Below are positions 27,498 through 37,974 of a stretch of DNA of 64,000 bases, one piece after another; positions within the stretch are counted from its first letter, which is position 1; each line of letters begins with the position of its first letter. The DNA is taken from contig JBPCLP010000053.1 in the NCBI GenBank assembly GCA_051003195.1, forward strand, positions 64,001 to 128,000, read 5' to 3'. This stretch comes from Candidatus Sumerlaeaceae bacterium. Lineage in GTDB: Bacteria > Sumerlaeota > Sumerlaeia > Sumerlaeales > Sumerlaeaceae. Position numbers and translations under genes: made by a program. The notes under the pieces were generated by a model that did no database searches, was not told where the DNA came from, and was given only the letters and a program-made list of their open reading frames with translations.

Positions 27498-28429
27498 TGT
27501 TTGCCGCGCTTACCGGATCCCGTAGTCGATGCGGCTGCTGTTTTATCGGCGCCTGTATTCGCAAAAACGAAATCCGGATTCCGAACGCTGCCCACCATCG
27601 CGATCGGCAATGGGATTTTAGTGAGGCCGCTGCTGCCGCGCGCCTTGTTTACCAGTCCACCCGCCGCGCGAATCTCCGGACGGGTCGAGCGAAGCGCAAG
27701 GTCTGGCGACAGGTAGACGTCCCACTTCACGCGTACTTCTTCCGTGCGCAAATCCAGGTTGCCAGATCCCACGGCCTGCTGCGTCTGCCCTGCAAAGAGT
27801 GCTTTGGTAAACGTGACGAGGCCATTTGATATCGTGCCCTCGAGCTGGGCCGATGAAAAATCAAATCTCTGAAGCTCGGCAATTCCTGTCGCAGAGGCAG
27901 TCATGTTGAGAACGTCCGCGTTTGTCACGGTTCCGGGCCCGAACTGAATACTCACGGATCCGGTCATGGTTTCGCGAGGAAGCGAGCCACGCGTGCCGTT
28001 CCATTGCACCTGTATCGTTCCAGACACCATGGCGATAACCTGCGCGTTCACTTTGATCTCGAAAGCCTTGAGCAATGCAGCCGCTTCGACGTTCTGAAAC
28101 TGAATGGTCATCTGCTGTCGATCGTTTGGCCGACTCCAGTCGACCAGTCCTACACCTTTGAAGGTACCGCTGCCAAGGGTGGACGTAAATGCATCGATCG
28201 CGAGACGACCGTTCGACGAACGCGACTGCATCTTGAAATTCTTCATCCCAAGCCGCTTCGCTTCCATGCGCACAACACTGACTTCGCCGGGCTGTCCCTG
28301 TCCAAAAATTCCCCGCTGGTTTGAACCGGAACCTTCTGAATCGGAGTTGCGCTGCGACTGCGCAGCTACACCGCAGCACAGCGCCAGTACAGATATGCAA
28401 GCGAGCGCACGTGAGAAATACAATACCAC
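27494..28429 (-). CDS. AsmA-like C-terminal domain protein (start uncertain; ORF open to 28522)
   Basis: Signal peptide, beta-taco-like repeats, terminal IPLPIAMVGSVRNP. Confidence 0.6.
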   Translation of the reverse strand: MVLYFSRALACISVLALCCGVAAQSQRNSDSEGSGSNQRGIFGQGQPGEVSVVRMEAKRLGMKNFKMQSRSSNGRLAIDAFTSTLGSGTFKGVGLVDWSRPNDRQQMTIQFQNVEAAALLKAFEIKVNAQVIAMVSGTIQVQWNGTRGSLPRETMTGSVSIQFGPGTVTNADVLNMTASATGIAELQRFDFSSAQLEGTISNGLVTFTKALFAGQTQQAVGSGNLDLRTEEVRVKWDVYLSPDLALRSTRPEIRAAGGLVNKARGSSGLTKIPLPIAMVGSVRNPDFVFANTGADKTAAASTTGSGKRGKQ

Positions 28430-28533
28430 TTTGAGACGCCCTTCCAGGATGTTGAGTACCGTAATTTCCGGTTGGGCCCGAGGACACGCAAGCAAAACCG
28501 AAGCGCGCACGGTCGACCGCAAAGTTCCCTAAA

Positions 28534-29352
28534 CTATTGGCCTGTTGCGCTCGTACTGTTGTCATCCGAGAGCGCATTGCGCTGAGGCAAGGCGTCGACC
28601 ATCATTGCGTCTTCCGGAAATCCGATGGAGAACGACCTCTCAGGTATGGGCTGGTCGGTCTTCCACTTCAGCGATACGATCAGCGTGCTGTTTTCCATAG
28701 CCGACTGTAGAGTTTCCATGATGTGCACCGGCAGCTCCTGGTCATTGAGCCACACATCCACGATTCCCGGGCCAGATCCAATTCGAATGTGATGTACCTC
28801 GGTGCCCAGCAGTTCCTCTCGTCCGAGATCTTCGCCGCGATGAAATGTAACGCTCTGGCTGCCGCGCAAAGACCTGCACATGAGGTGCGACAGCGTAACT
28901 CCGTAGTCGCTGCTGAAGGCGAACAGCTCGGAATCGAGCACCGTGCGATCGTAAGCTTTAGACGTGTAGATAGCGCGGTCGGGCAGGCAAGATATTACCT
29001 TCTTACCGTCACACGTTACCGTCCATGGCCGCGCGCCGGAACTTATCCAGACAAGCTTGTCGGGCTGTCTGCGCCAGAGCCGTGCTGTGGCCGTGGTCAT
29101 GTGCTGGTCGCCATTAGTATTGCTTATTGTGTGCGTGCATACCAGGTCGACGTAAAGCAACTCACGGATGTCGACCTTGTATTCAAGGTCGCGCAGCATT
29201 CGGATTGCGCGTGGATTGCCGGAAAAGCCCGGCGGTCGGTCCGGCGCATCATTGATGGGAAAAGTCGGCTGTTGCGCCGACGCACGTGGACAAAACCCTA
29301 GCGCGGAGAACAGGACAAGCATTGCGGATATACGAGGACGTCGCGGTTTCAT
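28534..29352 (-). CDS. LolA-like / DUF2092 periplasmic protein
   Basis: Signal peptide; RQPDKL, VTCDGK, W..DQPIPERSFS..FPEDA. Confidence 0.6.
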   Translation of the reverse strand: MKPRRPRISAMLVLFSALGFCPRASAQQPTFPINDAPDRPPGFSGNPRAIRMLRDLEYKVDIRELLYVDLVCTHTISNTNGDQHMTTATARLWRRQPDKLVWISSGARPWTVTCDGKKVISCLPDRAIYTSKAYDRTVLDSELFAFSSDYGVTLSHLMCRSLRGSQSVTFHRGEDLGREELLGTEVHHIRIGSGPGIVDVWLNDQELPVHIMETLQSAMENSTLIVSLKWKTDQPIPERSFSIGFPEDAMMVDALPQRNALSDDNSTSATGQ

Positions 29353-29371
29353 TTACTGCGCATGCATCAAT

Positions 29372-30925
29372 TCAGCGCGTCCTGGTCTTCTCGAGCTTCA
29401 TGTCCTCAAACCAACTGCGAATGCCTGACGTCAGATCATCAACCGAGGCGTTTGCCGCTTCAATATGCACCGTGACTCCGGCGGCGCGAATGGCCTCGCT
29501 CGTCGCCGGGCCAATACTCGCGACCGTCACTTCCGCGAAAAGCTTCGGAAGATCTTCCGCCTTGATCGCTTCCGTCAGCCTTTCAAACGTGGATGCGGAA
29601 GTAAACGTGACAAGGTGAACACGTCCGCGCGTCAGAAGCTTCCGCAGGCGCGCAATTCCTTCGCGATCCGGCTTCGTATCGTAAAGCGGCAGCACTGTTA
29701 CATCCACGGCGCGGGCGCCCAGTTCCTTCTCGAGAACGTCGCGTGCGGCGGACGCGCGAGGAATCAGCACCCGCTCGCCAGGTTGGGTGCACATGGACCC
29801 GACCAGTCCCTCCTGCCGTGCGGATAACGGAACCAGTTCCGGTTTAATCCCGATCTCGTTCAGGGATTCGGCCGTGCGTTCGCCTATGGCGGCTACGCGC
29901 ACACGCGCCAGTGCACGCATGTCGCGATCAGATTTGAACAGCCAGTCGCGGAAAATCCGAACTGCACTTGCGCTTGTAAAAACAATCCAGTGGTACTTGC
30001 CGTCCACCAGGGCTTTGATCTCCTGCTTTGCATCATCCGAAAGTGCTGTCTCGCGGATTCGGATCGTAGGCGTGGAAACAACCTCCGCACCCATCTGCCG
30101 CAGCTCCCGGGCGAGCGAAGCGCCCTGGCCTTCGGGACGAGTCACAGCCGCGCGCACGCCAAACAGCGGTTTCTTCTCCACCCAGGAAATCTGCTCGCGC
30201 AGACGCACAACTTCTCCAATCACGCCCACGGCGGGGGCGCTGAACCCCAGCCGACGTACTTCGTCCACCACTTCGCCAATCGTGGAAACCAGCGTCTGCT
30301 GCTCGGGCATTGTACCCCAGCGGATAAGTGCGATGGGAGTTTTTGGCGAGAGCTTCTTCGCCAGCAGTTTGCTGACAATGGTGCCGAGGTTGCCTATGCC
30401 CATTAAAAAGACTATGGTGCCGCGTGCGCTGGCAAGTATGTTCCAGTCAATGTCCGGTCCAACGCCCTGCACGTTCTCATGGCCGGTCACAATGTGAACC
30501 GAGCCGTTAACGCTGCGATGGGTCACCGGTATTCCCGCGTACGCGGGAACGGCAAGCGCGGATGTAACGCCGGGAATCATTTCGAAAGCGACGTCGCGCT
30601 CGGCGAGAAAAGCGGCCTCTTCACCACCGCGGCCAAACAGGAACGGATCGCCACCCTTGAGCCGGGTAACCGTTAGCCCGGAGGTGGCCCGCTCTACCAG
30701 CAGTTGATTAATTTCATCCTGGCTTTTGGAGTGCTGCGACGCTTCCTTTCCCACAAAGATACGCTCGGCATATTTCGGCGCATGCTCCAGCAGCAGCTCG
30801 TTCGCGAGATTATCGTAAATTACAACGTCGGATTGCGCCAGGCACTCGGCGCCTCGGACGGTGATCAGGCCAACGTCGCCAGGTCCCGCTCCGACTACAT
30901 ATACGATGCCTTTCTTTTGCGCCAT
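29372..30925 (-). CDS. cobA: Uroporphyrinogen-III C-methyltransferase / synthase fusion (CobA-HemD)
   Basis: VGAGPGD, RLKGGDPFLFGRGGEE, PGVTSA; then KPLFG..VTRP, VFTSAS, ASIGPAT. Confidence 0.92.
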   Translation of the reverse strand: MAQKKGIVYVVGAGPGDVGLITVRGAECLAQSDVVIYDNLANELLLEHAPKYAERIFVGKEASQHSKSQDEINQLLVERATSGLTVTRLKGGDPFLFGRGGEEAAFLAERDVAFEMIPGVTSALAVPAYAGIPVTHRSVNGSVHIVTGHENVQGVGPDIDWNILASARGTIVFLMGIGNLGTIVSKLLAKKLSPKTPIALIRWGTMPEQQTLVSTIGEVVDEVRRLGFSAPAVGVIGEVVRLREQISWVEKKPLFGVRAAVTRPEGQGASLARELRQMGAEVVSTPTIRIRETALSDDAKQEIKALVDGKYHWIVFTSASAVRIFRDWLFKSDRDMRALARVRVAAIGERTAESLNEIGIKPELVPLSARQEGLVGSMCTQPGERVLIPRASAARDVLEKELGARAVDVTVLPLYDTKPDREGIARLRKLLTRGRVHLVTFTSASTFERLTEAIKAEDLPKLFAEVTVASIGPATSEAIRAAGVTVHIEAANASVDDLTSGIRSWFEDMKLEKTRTR

Positions 30926-31031
30926 TTCGTATTCCTGTGGCAGCGCAGCGTCGGCGTCAACTACGGAAGAAAGCATTGCGTAGCGCACCTGTTACTTTGT
31001 AGAGCCGGGTAATGATGTTCAAAGTACCGAT

Positions 31032-31646
31032 GTGATGCCGCAACCGCGTACCAGAATTGTTTTTGGAATTACAGGGGCCAGCGGTACCGCGTATGCGCGG
31101 GTCCTGTTGCAGGAACTGCTGCGCCTGGACGTGGAAATTCACCTCGTCGTGAGCGCGGCTGGAATGCTCGTGATAAAGGAGGAGCTCGACATACCATTTC
31201 CAGATGGGCGCTTCGACATTCAGCGCTACCTGAACCAGCCAGTACCGAAAGATCGCGTGATTCAGTACGAGGACAATGACCTTGCGGCCCCGCCCGCGAG
31301 TGGATCGTTCCGTACGGCTGGCATGGTGATCTGCCCGTGCTCGATGCGGACGCTCGCGACGATCGCTTCGGGAACGGGGGGAAGCCTCATTACTCGTGCG
31401 GCGGATGCGTGCCTGAAGGAGCGACGGCGGCTGGTGCTGGTGCCGCGCGAAACACCCCTCAGTCTCGTGCATCTTCGTAACATGGTAAGTGTGACCGAAG
31501 CAGGCGCCATCGTGTTGCCTGCGATGCCGGGCTTTTACAAGAAACCGCAAAGCATCGATGATCTGCTGCGGCATGTCGCGCTGAAGGTCCTCGATGTATT
31601 GGGCCTGGAACATTCGCTGGATCTGCGATGGAAGGATCCCGACTAA
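31032..31646 (+). CDS. ubiX: Flavin prenyltransferase UbiX
   Basis: GITGASG, ASGSF, PCSMRTL, RAADACLKERR, PRETPL, PAMPGFY. Confidence 0.92.
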   Translation: MMPQPRTRIVFGITGASGTAYARVLLQELLRLDVEIHLVVSAAGMLVIKEELDIPFPDGRFDIQRYLNQPVPKDRVIQYEDNDLAAPPASGSFRTAGMVICPCSMRTLATIASGTGGSLITRAADACLKERRRLVLVPRETPLSLVHLRNMVSVTEAGAIVLPAMPGFYKKPQSIDDLLRHVALKVLDVLGLEHSLDLRWKDPD

Positions 31647-32287
31647 GAAAAGTCCCTCTGGATCCTCGCGCTTACGATAACAACGGCGCCCAGTACCATT
31701 GCCCAGGTTAAGATTCCAAACCTGAACGCAGGGCCCGCCAGCAGCAGCATCCACACCATCCACGTAAACGCGAGCCCAGTCGCGGCAGCACTGCGCTTCA
31801 GTATTGCGAACGGCAAGATCGTGCGGCGACGGTTTGCGTCTAAAGTTGTCAAGCCGACACGAAACCATTCTGCTGCGAGTACGCCTGCCGCGCCGCCGAG
31901 CAGGACGAGTTTAATACATGCCCACAGAAGAGAAACCGCACCCTCCGCTGCGGCTGCGTGCGCTGCGACCACTCCGAGTGGCAGAACCAACGCAACAATA
32001 CCGACTGTACGCGCGATTACCGCGAGCGTTCGCGTAAGACCGTCCGTCGGGAAGTAAGACAATGCTGCCAGTGCGGCTGGGAAATAGAACTGCCATGACA
32101 TCGCGGGAGCTGCCACAAGATTTGTTCGCCAGGACCGCAGGACATAGTAACCCGCAAATCCCAGGTAGCCGATCAACGCGATGTGAAGGAAGAGAAGAAC
32201 GGCGGCAACACCGGAACCGCCTGCCATCTGGTAGTGATCGGCCCCGGAAATTTCGGGTTCCGCGCCGGAGCCGTCACTTGCCTTCAA
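31643..32287 (-). CDS. Hypothetical membrane protein
   Basis: About six hydrophobic segments; overlaps the stop of the upstream regulator. Confidence 0.55.
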   Translation of the reverse strand: MKASDGSGAEPEISGADHYQMAGGSGVAAVLLFLHIALIGYLGFAGYYVLRSWRTNLVAAPAMSWQFYFPAALAALSYFPTDGLTRTLAVIARTVGIVALVLPLGVVAAHAAAAEGAVSLLWACIKLVLLGGAAGVLAAEWFRVGLTTLDANRRRTILPFAILKRSAAATGLAFTWMVWMLLLAGPAFRFGILTWAMVLGAVVIVSARIQRDFS

Positions 32288-34281
32288 GCCGCTCCCTCGT
32301 CCAGGGTCGCCAGCTCGTATTGCTTTAACTTTTCGTAAAGCGTCGTGCGGCTGATGCCGAGCAGTTGCGCCGCCTTAAGTTTGTTTCCCTTCACAAACTT
32401 CAGCACATGCTGGATGTGATGCTTCTCCATCTCCTCGAGCGACAGCGGTGCCTGGTCGGGCGCGCTTCCATAGGTAAGACCCGGCTCCGCGGCCACGGCG
32501 TTTACGAGTCCGGACTGGCCCTGGGTGACCTCGATGGGCAGGTGCTCAGGCAACAGGGCGTCTCCAAACGCAAATACCAAACCACGCTCGATGACATTGC
32601 GCAGCTCGCGCACATTGCCCGGGAAGGGGTAACGGCTTAGCACCTGCATGGTTTCCGGCGCAATCGTCTTGGCGCTGGTGTTCACGCGCTGGCGCAGTTG
32701 TTTGAAAAAGTATTCGGCCAGCGCGGGGATGTCATCAGGACGCTGCCTGAGCGGCGGCAATGAGATTTCGATTACCTTCAGCCGAAAGAACAGGTCTTCG
32801 CGAAACCGCTTCGCCTTCACTTCATCGATAAGCGTCTTGTTCGTCGCGGTGACCAGTCGCACGTCCACCTTGATGACCTTGTTACCGCCTACGCGCTGCA
32901 GTTCGCCCTCCTGCAGAACACGGAGCAGCTTGGCCTGCGCCGACGCGCTGATGTCGCCGATTTCATCAAGGAAGAGGGTCCCGCCGTCGGCGAGTTCGAA
33001 TTTGCCGACCCTCCGCTCCATTGCGCCGGTAAATGCGCCCTTTTCGTGTCCGAACAGCTCGCTCTCAAGCAACGTCTCCGGCAGCGCAGCGCAGTTGACG
33101 GCAACCCATGGCTTGCCGCCGCGCCGTGAGAATTTGTGGATGGTCTTGGCGATCATTTCCTTGCCAGTTCCGCTTTCGCCGGTAATGAGAACCGTGGAGT
33201 CCGACTCTGCAACGCGAGCCGCAACGGCCATTATCTGCTTCATCTTCTCGTTCTGAACAATGACCGCAAAATCTTCGTCGAGCGAACGGCGTAATTGCAC
33301 GTTCTCCTGCGCCAGTTGCTGCACCTGCTCAAACTGGTTAAGGCGGATGGAGAGTTGCAGACCGAGTGTTGTTAGAAAATCGACATCGTTTTTGCTGATC
33401 GGCTCCTGGTCACCAGGATTGTCAGTGTAGAGGATCGCGGCAAGCTTACCGCCGCGTATCAACGGCAGAGCGAGTGCATTCGCTTTGCTTTCACCGAACG
33501 AACAGCGTCCTTTTTCATCGAGGAGGCCCATGGCGAGCCGCTGGTCCGCGCGCGCGCGGTCGAGCAATTGCTGACATTCGGACGCGGCAGCTGCCTTTGG
33601 ATCCAGCCGGGTGGCGGTATGCATGAAGTATTTCTGGTAGCTGCTCCCGCTCTTGTCGGCGGGCAGAAAAAATATCACACGCTCCACGCCCGTGCTGAGG
33701 GTGGCGGCGCGGCCCACCGCCTCGAACATTTCCTTGAGGCTTGCGGCCTGCGCCACCTCGGCGAAAACCCGGTAGAGCGACTTAAGTTTAAGATATACCT
33801 CTTTGAGTGCGTCCGCCTGCACATCCTCGGACAGCGGGGAAAATAATTGTGTATGCGTCAGCTGGTCCGCGGCGCCAGCGCTCGCGCCCGGTCCCTCAGA
33901 TGATGGTAGTTCGGGAGCCTCAGGCCGCAGATACTTCACGGCGCCGGCGCCGGTTACATCGCGACCGTCGCGCTCATCTGAATACACCAGGGTAGTTGAC
34001 CCGAGCTGCACCTCGTCGCCGTCCATAAGGAAAATGCGGCTGATCGGCAGGCCGTTCACCAGCGTCCCGTTGGAGCTGTTGAGATCCACGATTGCAACGA
34101 GCCCGTTGAGCATAACGGCCTGCGCGTGCCGACGCGAGACATTCGCATCCGCGATCATCACGTCGCACTCTTCGGTTCGACCGAACACCAGTTGCGGCCC
34201 CTGCATCGCAATCTCAGTTCCCGGCTGGCTACCCTGCTTTATTATAAACTTCGCCACTGCGTCTGCTCTGCCTCCCAGCAT
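32284..34281 (-). CDS. FHA-GAF-sigma54-dependent transcriptional activator
   Basis: FHA (FGR..VSRRHA..DLNSSNGT), GESGTGKE, ESELFGHEKGAFTGA, PGNVREL, Fis HTH. Confidence 0.92.
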   Translation of the reverse strand: MLGGRADAVAKFIIKQGSQPGTEIAMQGPQLVFGRTEECDVMIADANVSRRHAQAVMLNGLVAIVDLNSSNGTLVNGLPISRIFLMDGDEVQLGSTTLVYSDERDGRDVTGAGAVKYLRPEAPELPSSEGPGASAGAADQLTHTQLFSPLSEDVQADALKEVYLKLKSLYRVFAEVAQAASLKEMFEAVGRAATLSTGVERVIFFLPADKSGSSYQKYFMHTATRLDPKAAAASECQQLLDRARADQRLAMGLLDEKGRCSFGESKANALALPLIRGGKLAAILYTDNPGDQEPISKNDVDFLTTLGLQLSIRLNQFEQVQQLAQENVQLRRSLDEDFAVIVQNEKMKQIMAVAARVAESDSTVLITGESGTGKEMIAKTIHKFSRRGGKPWVAVNCAALPETLLESELFGHEKGAFTGAMERRVGKFELADGGTLFLDEIGDISASAQAKLLRVLQEGELQRVGGNKVIKVDVRLVTATNKTLIDEVKAKRFREDLFFRLKVIEISLPPLRQRPDDIPALAEYFFKQLRQRVNTSAKTIAPETMQVLSRYPFPGNVRELRNVIERGLVFAFGDALLPEHLPIEVTQGQSGLVNAVAAEPGLTYGSAPDQAPLSLEEMEKHHIQHVLKFVKGNKLKAAQLLGISRTTLYEKLKQYELATLDEGAA

Positions 34282-34370
34282 TTACTCTCCGGGCCGGTGA
34301 ACCTCAGCCCGCTGCCGCTTAGTCGATTCTGTTAAATTCCGTTTGCTACCCATGGATCGATTCTTGCGCA

Positions 34371-35567
34371 ATGAGCGCTAGAAAAACGGCCATGTCTCAA
34401 TACGACAAGCATTATCTTTCTGTTCCCGCAGCCGACTCGGGCTCATCGGCGCGCGGAGTGCTTGCCAGGATGCTCCACGATCTTTTCACGCTGCAAAGGT
34501 ACCGGATTACCATTGAGGGAATGAGCCTCATATTTGTAAGCTGCCTTATCGGCTTTGCGGCATGGCATTCCGGCACGAATCTTCTCTACCTCGTATTTGC
34601 GACTCTCATCGCCCTGTTCCTTACGCACGGTCTACTGGTATGGCTCTGCCTGCTGGGCATTCGCATGCAGCGGATATTGCCAACTCATGTATATGCCGGA
34701 CGCCCATGCTCCATTACGGTTCGGCTGTATAATCGCAAGCACTACATCGACAGCCATGGTTTACGGGTGAGCGATTCAGGTACAAATTCCAAGAGTATAG
34801 GTGTGGTATTCTTTGGCACAATTCCGAAGCACGGGTGGTCTGAGGAAGTTTATGAAACCGTGTTTCCCGTACGGGGAATACATCTGTTGCGAAACCTTGA
34901 AGCAATCACCCGCTACCCATTCGGTCTGGTGGAACGCGGCCTGAAAATCAACATCACGCAGGAAATGCTCGTCTACCCTCAGGTCAATGAAGTTGGAGCG
35001 CTGGGAACAAACCTGGTCGCGGGATTTGGCGACCAGGAAGTCTCGGAAAAAGGTTTTGGTACAGAGCTCTACGGGCTGCGGGAATACATACCCGGCGAGC
35101 ATGCGCGTCATATTCACTGGCGATCGTCGGCTCGCTTACAGCGCCTGATGGTGATCGAGCACGAACGCGACGAGCGACGCCATGTGAGCCTGCAGTTGTG
35201 GAATGTGGCCGCCGGTGAAATCCCGGATGAACTGCTGCAGGACTTTGAAGAGGCGGTAAACCTGACGGCCTCTCTCGCAAACTTTCTGATTCGCGAGGGC
35301 TTCGAGGTGAAGCTCGTCACGGCGAGCGGCAGCACGGCGGACGGGCAGGGTCGCAACCATTTGTACACCATTCTCCGCGTTCTTGCGTCTCTTGAGCTTC
35401 TCAGCCATGGTCGCGAACAGGCACCGCGCGTTGATAGCGGCGCACTGGTAAAGGTACGTTTCCATAATAACGAATGGCAGCAGTACGCGCGCTCACAAAC
35501 CATTACCGTGGACTCGCGCCAGTTCAGCGTTTCGAATGGACGATACATTCGGACTACCGGCGAATGA
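34371..35567 (+). CDS. DUF58 domain protein
   Basis: SGTNLLYL, TRYPFGL, LVYP, GLREYIPG..RHIHWRSSAR, FEEAV..ASL. Confidence 0.85.
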   Translation: MSARKTAMSQYDKHYLSVPAADSGSSARGVLARMLHDLFTLQRYRITIEGMSLIFVSCLIGFAAWHSGTNLLYLVFATLIALFLTHGLLVWLCLLGIRMQRILPTHVYAGRPCSITVRLYNRKHYIDSHGLRVSDSGTNSKSIGVVFFGTIPKHGWSEEVYETVFPVRGIHLLRNLEAITRYPFGLVERGLKINITQEMLVYPQVNEVGALGTNLVAGFGDQEVSEKGFGTELYGLREYIPGEHARHIHWRSSARLQRLMVIEHERDERRHVSLQLWNVAAGEIPDELLQDFEEAVNLTASLANFLIREGFEVKLVTASGSTADGQGRNHLYTILRVLASLELLSHGREQAPRVDSGALVKVRFHNNEWQQYARSQTITVDSRQFSVSNGRYIRTTGE

Positions 35568-37888
35568 CCGTCGTAGCAGCCCATAACCTCACGGTGTTTC
35601 TTGTAGCCTTATGGGGCTACACGGCCCTCTTGTTAACGGGCGAGTTCAGCATCCCGATTCTTATCGCGTGCTATGCCCTCGCTTTTGCGGCGTTTCTTGC
35701 GCGACGCAAAAACGTCGAAGCTCCGCGTTGGCTCTGGAATATCATTTCGATCATTGCTTTGATTGCGGCCGGCGCAATGGCGACTCGCCAGCTCCTCGAT
35801 GCGACCGTGTACCTGTTCCTGTTTCTCCAGGTCGTAAAGCTTTTCACGGCGCGAACTGCGGTTGAAAGCAGGTGGAGCTACATCATTTCGCTGTTCCAGG
35901 TAATCGGCGCATCGGTGCTTACAACGTCGATGACCTTCGGCCTCGTGTTCCTGGTCTATGTGCTCCTCATGGTGTTTTCGCTGCTGCTCTACACCTTAAG
36001 GCGTGAGTCGGAAACCAGTGAGAGAATTTCCGGCAGCCTCTATTCGAAGGTTCTGGACGCGACACACGGGCGCACGACCCGGCCACGCCTGCGCATCCCG
36101 TGGGCACTGAAAGCGCGAATCCCGCGCGGACTCATCTGGACCTCCGCGTCGCTCACAATTCTTATTGTTGCTGCCACCATTGTCACTTTCGCGATCGTGC
36201 CGCGCCTTGCCACTCAGAACCTGTTTCAGGGCTATGGCAAACCGCCCGAGAAGCCTTCGTTGTCGGCCTTTGATGAAGCAATCGAGTTTGGGACCTTTGA
36301 AAAGATCCAGCTCGATAACGCTGTCGCGATGTTCGTTCAGCCGCTGGAAAAGAAGCGGCGCGATCACATCCGGCTGCGCGGTGTAGCGCTGGATACTTTC
36401 GATGGACGTGCCTGGCGCCGCACCACGAGTTCCCACGGCGTGACGGGGCCGTTGCAATTCCCCGCCTTCACCACGCGTTTATATTCCGACATCGCGACCC
36501 ACCGTATCATCCAGCCGCCAGGCATCACACAATACCTCTTCGCAGAGACCTTCGCGGAATCCATCAAAGTTGCTTCCGAAATTCAATACTACTCCGATGG
36601 CCTTAGTGGAGCCGCATGGCTGGCCAGCATGCAGCCGAAAGAATTCCAATACGTGTCAAGCTCCCGGGTCGAGTCCCTCGATGAGCGCAAGGACCCCGCC
36701 CGGAACAACCTGAGGGAGCGGGCTCTTTCCATGTTCAGCTCCGCACCGTTTCCACAGGACATCAGCCTTCGGTTCAGGGATATTCAGCAGCGATTCGCAA
36801 ATGAGGGAAGTTCGGCGACGCGAGAACGCCGCTACCCGCGCTTCTTTTCCCGGGGGGCGCACGCGGAACAGCTCCGCTACCTGGAACGCTGCACAACGCT
36901 TCCGGCCATGCTGAGCACAAACAACCTGCGAGACCTGGCGGTCACGTGGACTCGCGACGCCGCAACCACGTTTGAGAAATCTCTCGCCATCGAGTCGAGG
37001 CTCCGAAGCGAATTTACCTACAGCCTTGAGCCAAAAGCTCGCGGCAATTACATTGAAGACTTTCTCTTCCGCACGAAGCAGGGTCACTGTGAGTACTTCG
37101 CAACTTCAATGGCCGTGCTGGTGCGTTCGCTCGGTGTTCCGGCACGTGTCGTGAACGGCTATTACTCTGTGGAATGGAATAACATCGGCGGCAATTTCAC
37201 GGTGCGCCAGCGCGACGCCCATTCCTGGGTAGAGGTGTGGCTTGCCAACGACTATGGCTGGATGACGTTCGATCCAACACCGCCTTCTGGTGTGGGGCGT
37301 CCTAATCGGCAAAATGCCGTGTTGCTCGCGATAAGCCGCTACCTTGATGCGCTGCGGGTTCGCTGGTATCGTTACGTAGTGGATTATAGTATTACCGACC
37401 AGGCGGCGGTGATGCGCACGCTCGCGAACGCGCGTGACCGCATAAACTCGTTCTTCGGTCGCATGCAAAATCGCATCTGGCTGCCCGACCTAAGCTCGTC
37501 CACTAACGTGGGTGGCGCACATACGTATGTGAATGTGCTCATTGCTGCAGCTCTCGCTTGTGGAGCGGTTGTCTTTGGCGTCTGGGCGGCAGGCAATCTA
37601 CGACCGAAGAGAAAGCGACGCCGGCCGGAAACCATGGTGCGCTACTATTCAGAGCTCCTGCGTCTCCTTGCGGCAAAGGGATTCAAGCTGGCCACCGGGG
37701 AAACCCCGCGCGAGTACGCATCGCGTCTGCGCAGGGTTGAAGTATTCTCGCCTCTGATGCCGATTACCGAGATGTACTATAGCAGCCGTTACCAGGGTCA
37801 CGCTCCCACCGACGAGGAGCTCGCGATCATCGAAGAGTTTCGCAAAGCGTTGAAAACCTCGCCACGAGCCGCTCCCGAAACGTTATAA
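35564..37888 (+). CDS. Transglutaminase-like TgpA protein (DUF3488 / TGase / DUF4129)
   Basis: Multi-TM N-terminus; GHCEYFATSMAVL, DAHSWVEV, GWMTFDPTP, ETPREY; ATGA overlap with DUF58. Confidence 0.88.
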   Translation: MTVVAAHNLTVFLVALWGYTALLLTGEFSIPILIACYALAFAAFLARRKNVEAPRWLWNIISIIALIAAGAMATRQLLDATVYLFLFLQVVKLFTARTAVESRWSYIISLFQVIGASVLTTSMTFGLVFLVYVLLMVFSLLLYTLRRESETSERISGSLYSKVLDATHGRTTRPRLRIPWALKARIPRGLIWTSASLTILIVAATIVTFAIVPRLATQNLFQGYGKPPEKPSLSAFDEAIEFGTFEKIQLDNAVAMFVQPLEKKRRDHIRLRGVALDTFDGRAWRRTTSSHGVTGPLQFPAFTTRLYSDIATHRIIQPPGITQYLFAETFAESIKVASEIQYYSDGLSGAAWLASMQPKEFQYVSSSRVESLDERKDPARNNLRERALSMFSSAPFPQDISLRFRDIQQRFANEGSSATRERRYPRFFSRGAHAEQLRYLERCTTLPAMLSTNNLRDLAVTWTRDAATTFEKSLAIESRLRSEFTYSLEPKARGNYIEDFLFRTKQGHCEYFATSMAVLVRSLGVPARVVNGYYSVEWNNIGGNFTVRQRDAHSWVEVWLANDYGWMTFDPTPPSGVGRPNRQNAVLLAISRYLDALRVRWYRYVVDYSITDQAAVMRTLANARDRINSFFGRMQNRIWLPDLSSSTNVGGAHTYVNVLIAAALACGAVVFGVWAAGNLRPKRKRRRPETMVRYYSELLRLLAAKGFKLATGETPREYASRLRRVEVFSPLMPITEMYYSSRYQGHAPTDEELAIIEEFRKALKTSPRAAPETL

Positions 37889-37974
37889 CCCGAATTCAGC
37901 ACAAGTGTCGTGACTCTTGACACGCTACGCTGTAATTCAGCCGCTGCGGCTGATCCATTCTCTAAGGAAGTGAC

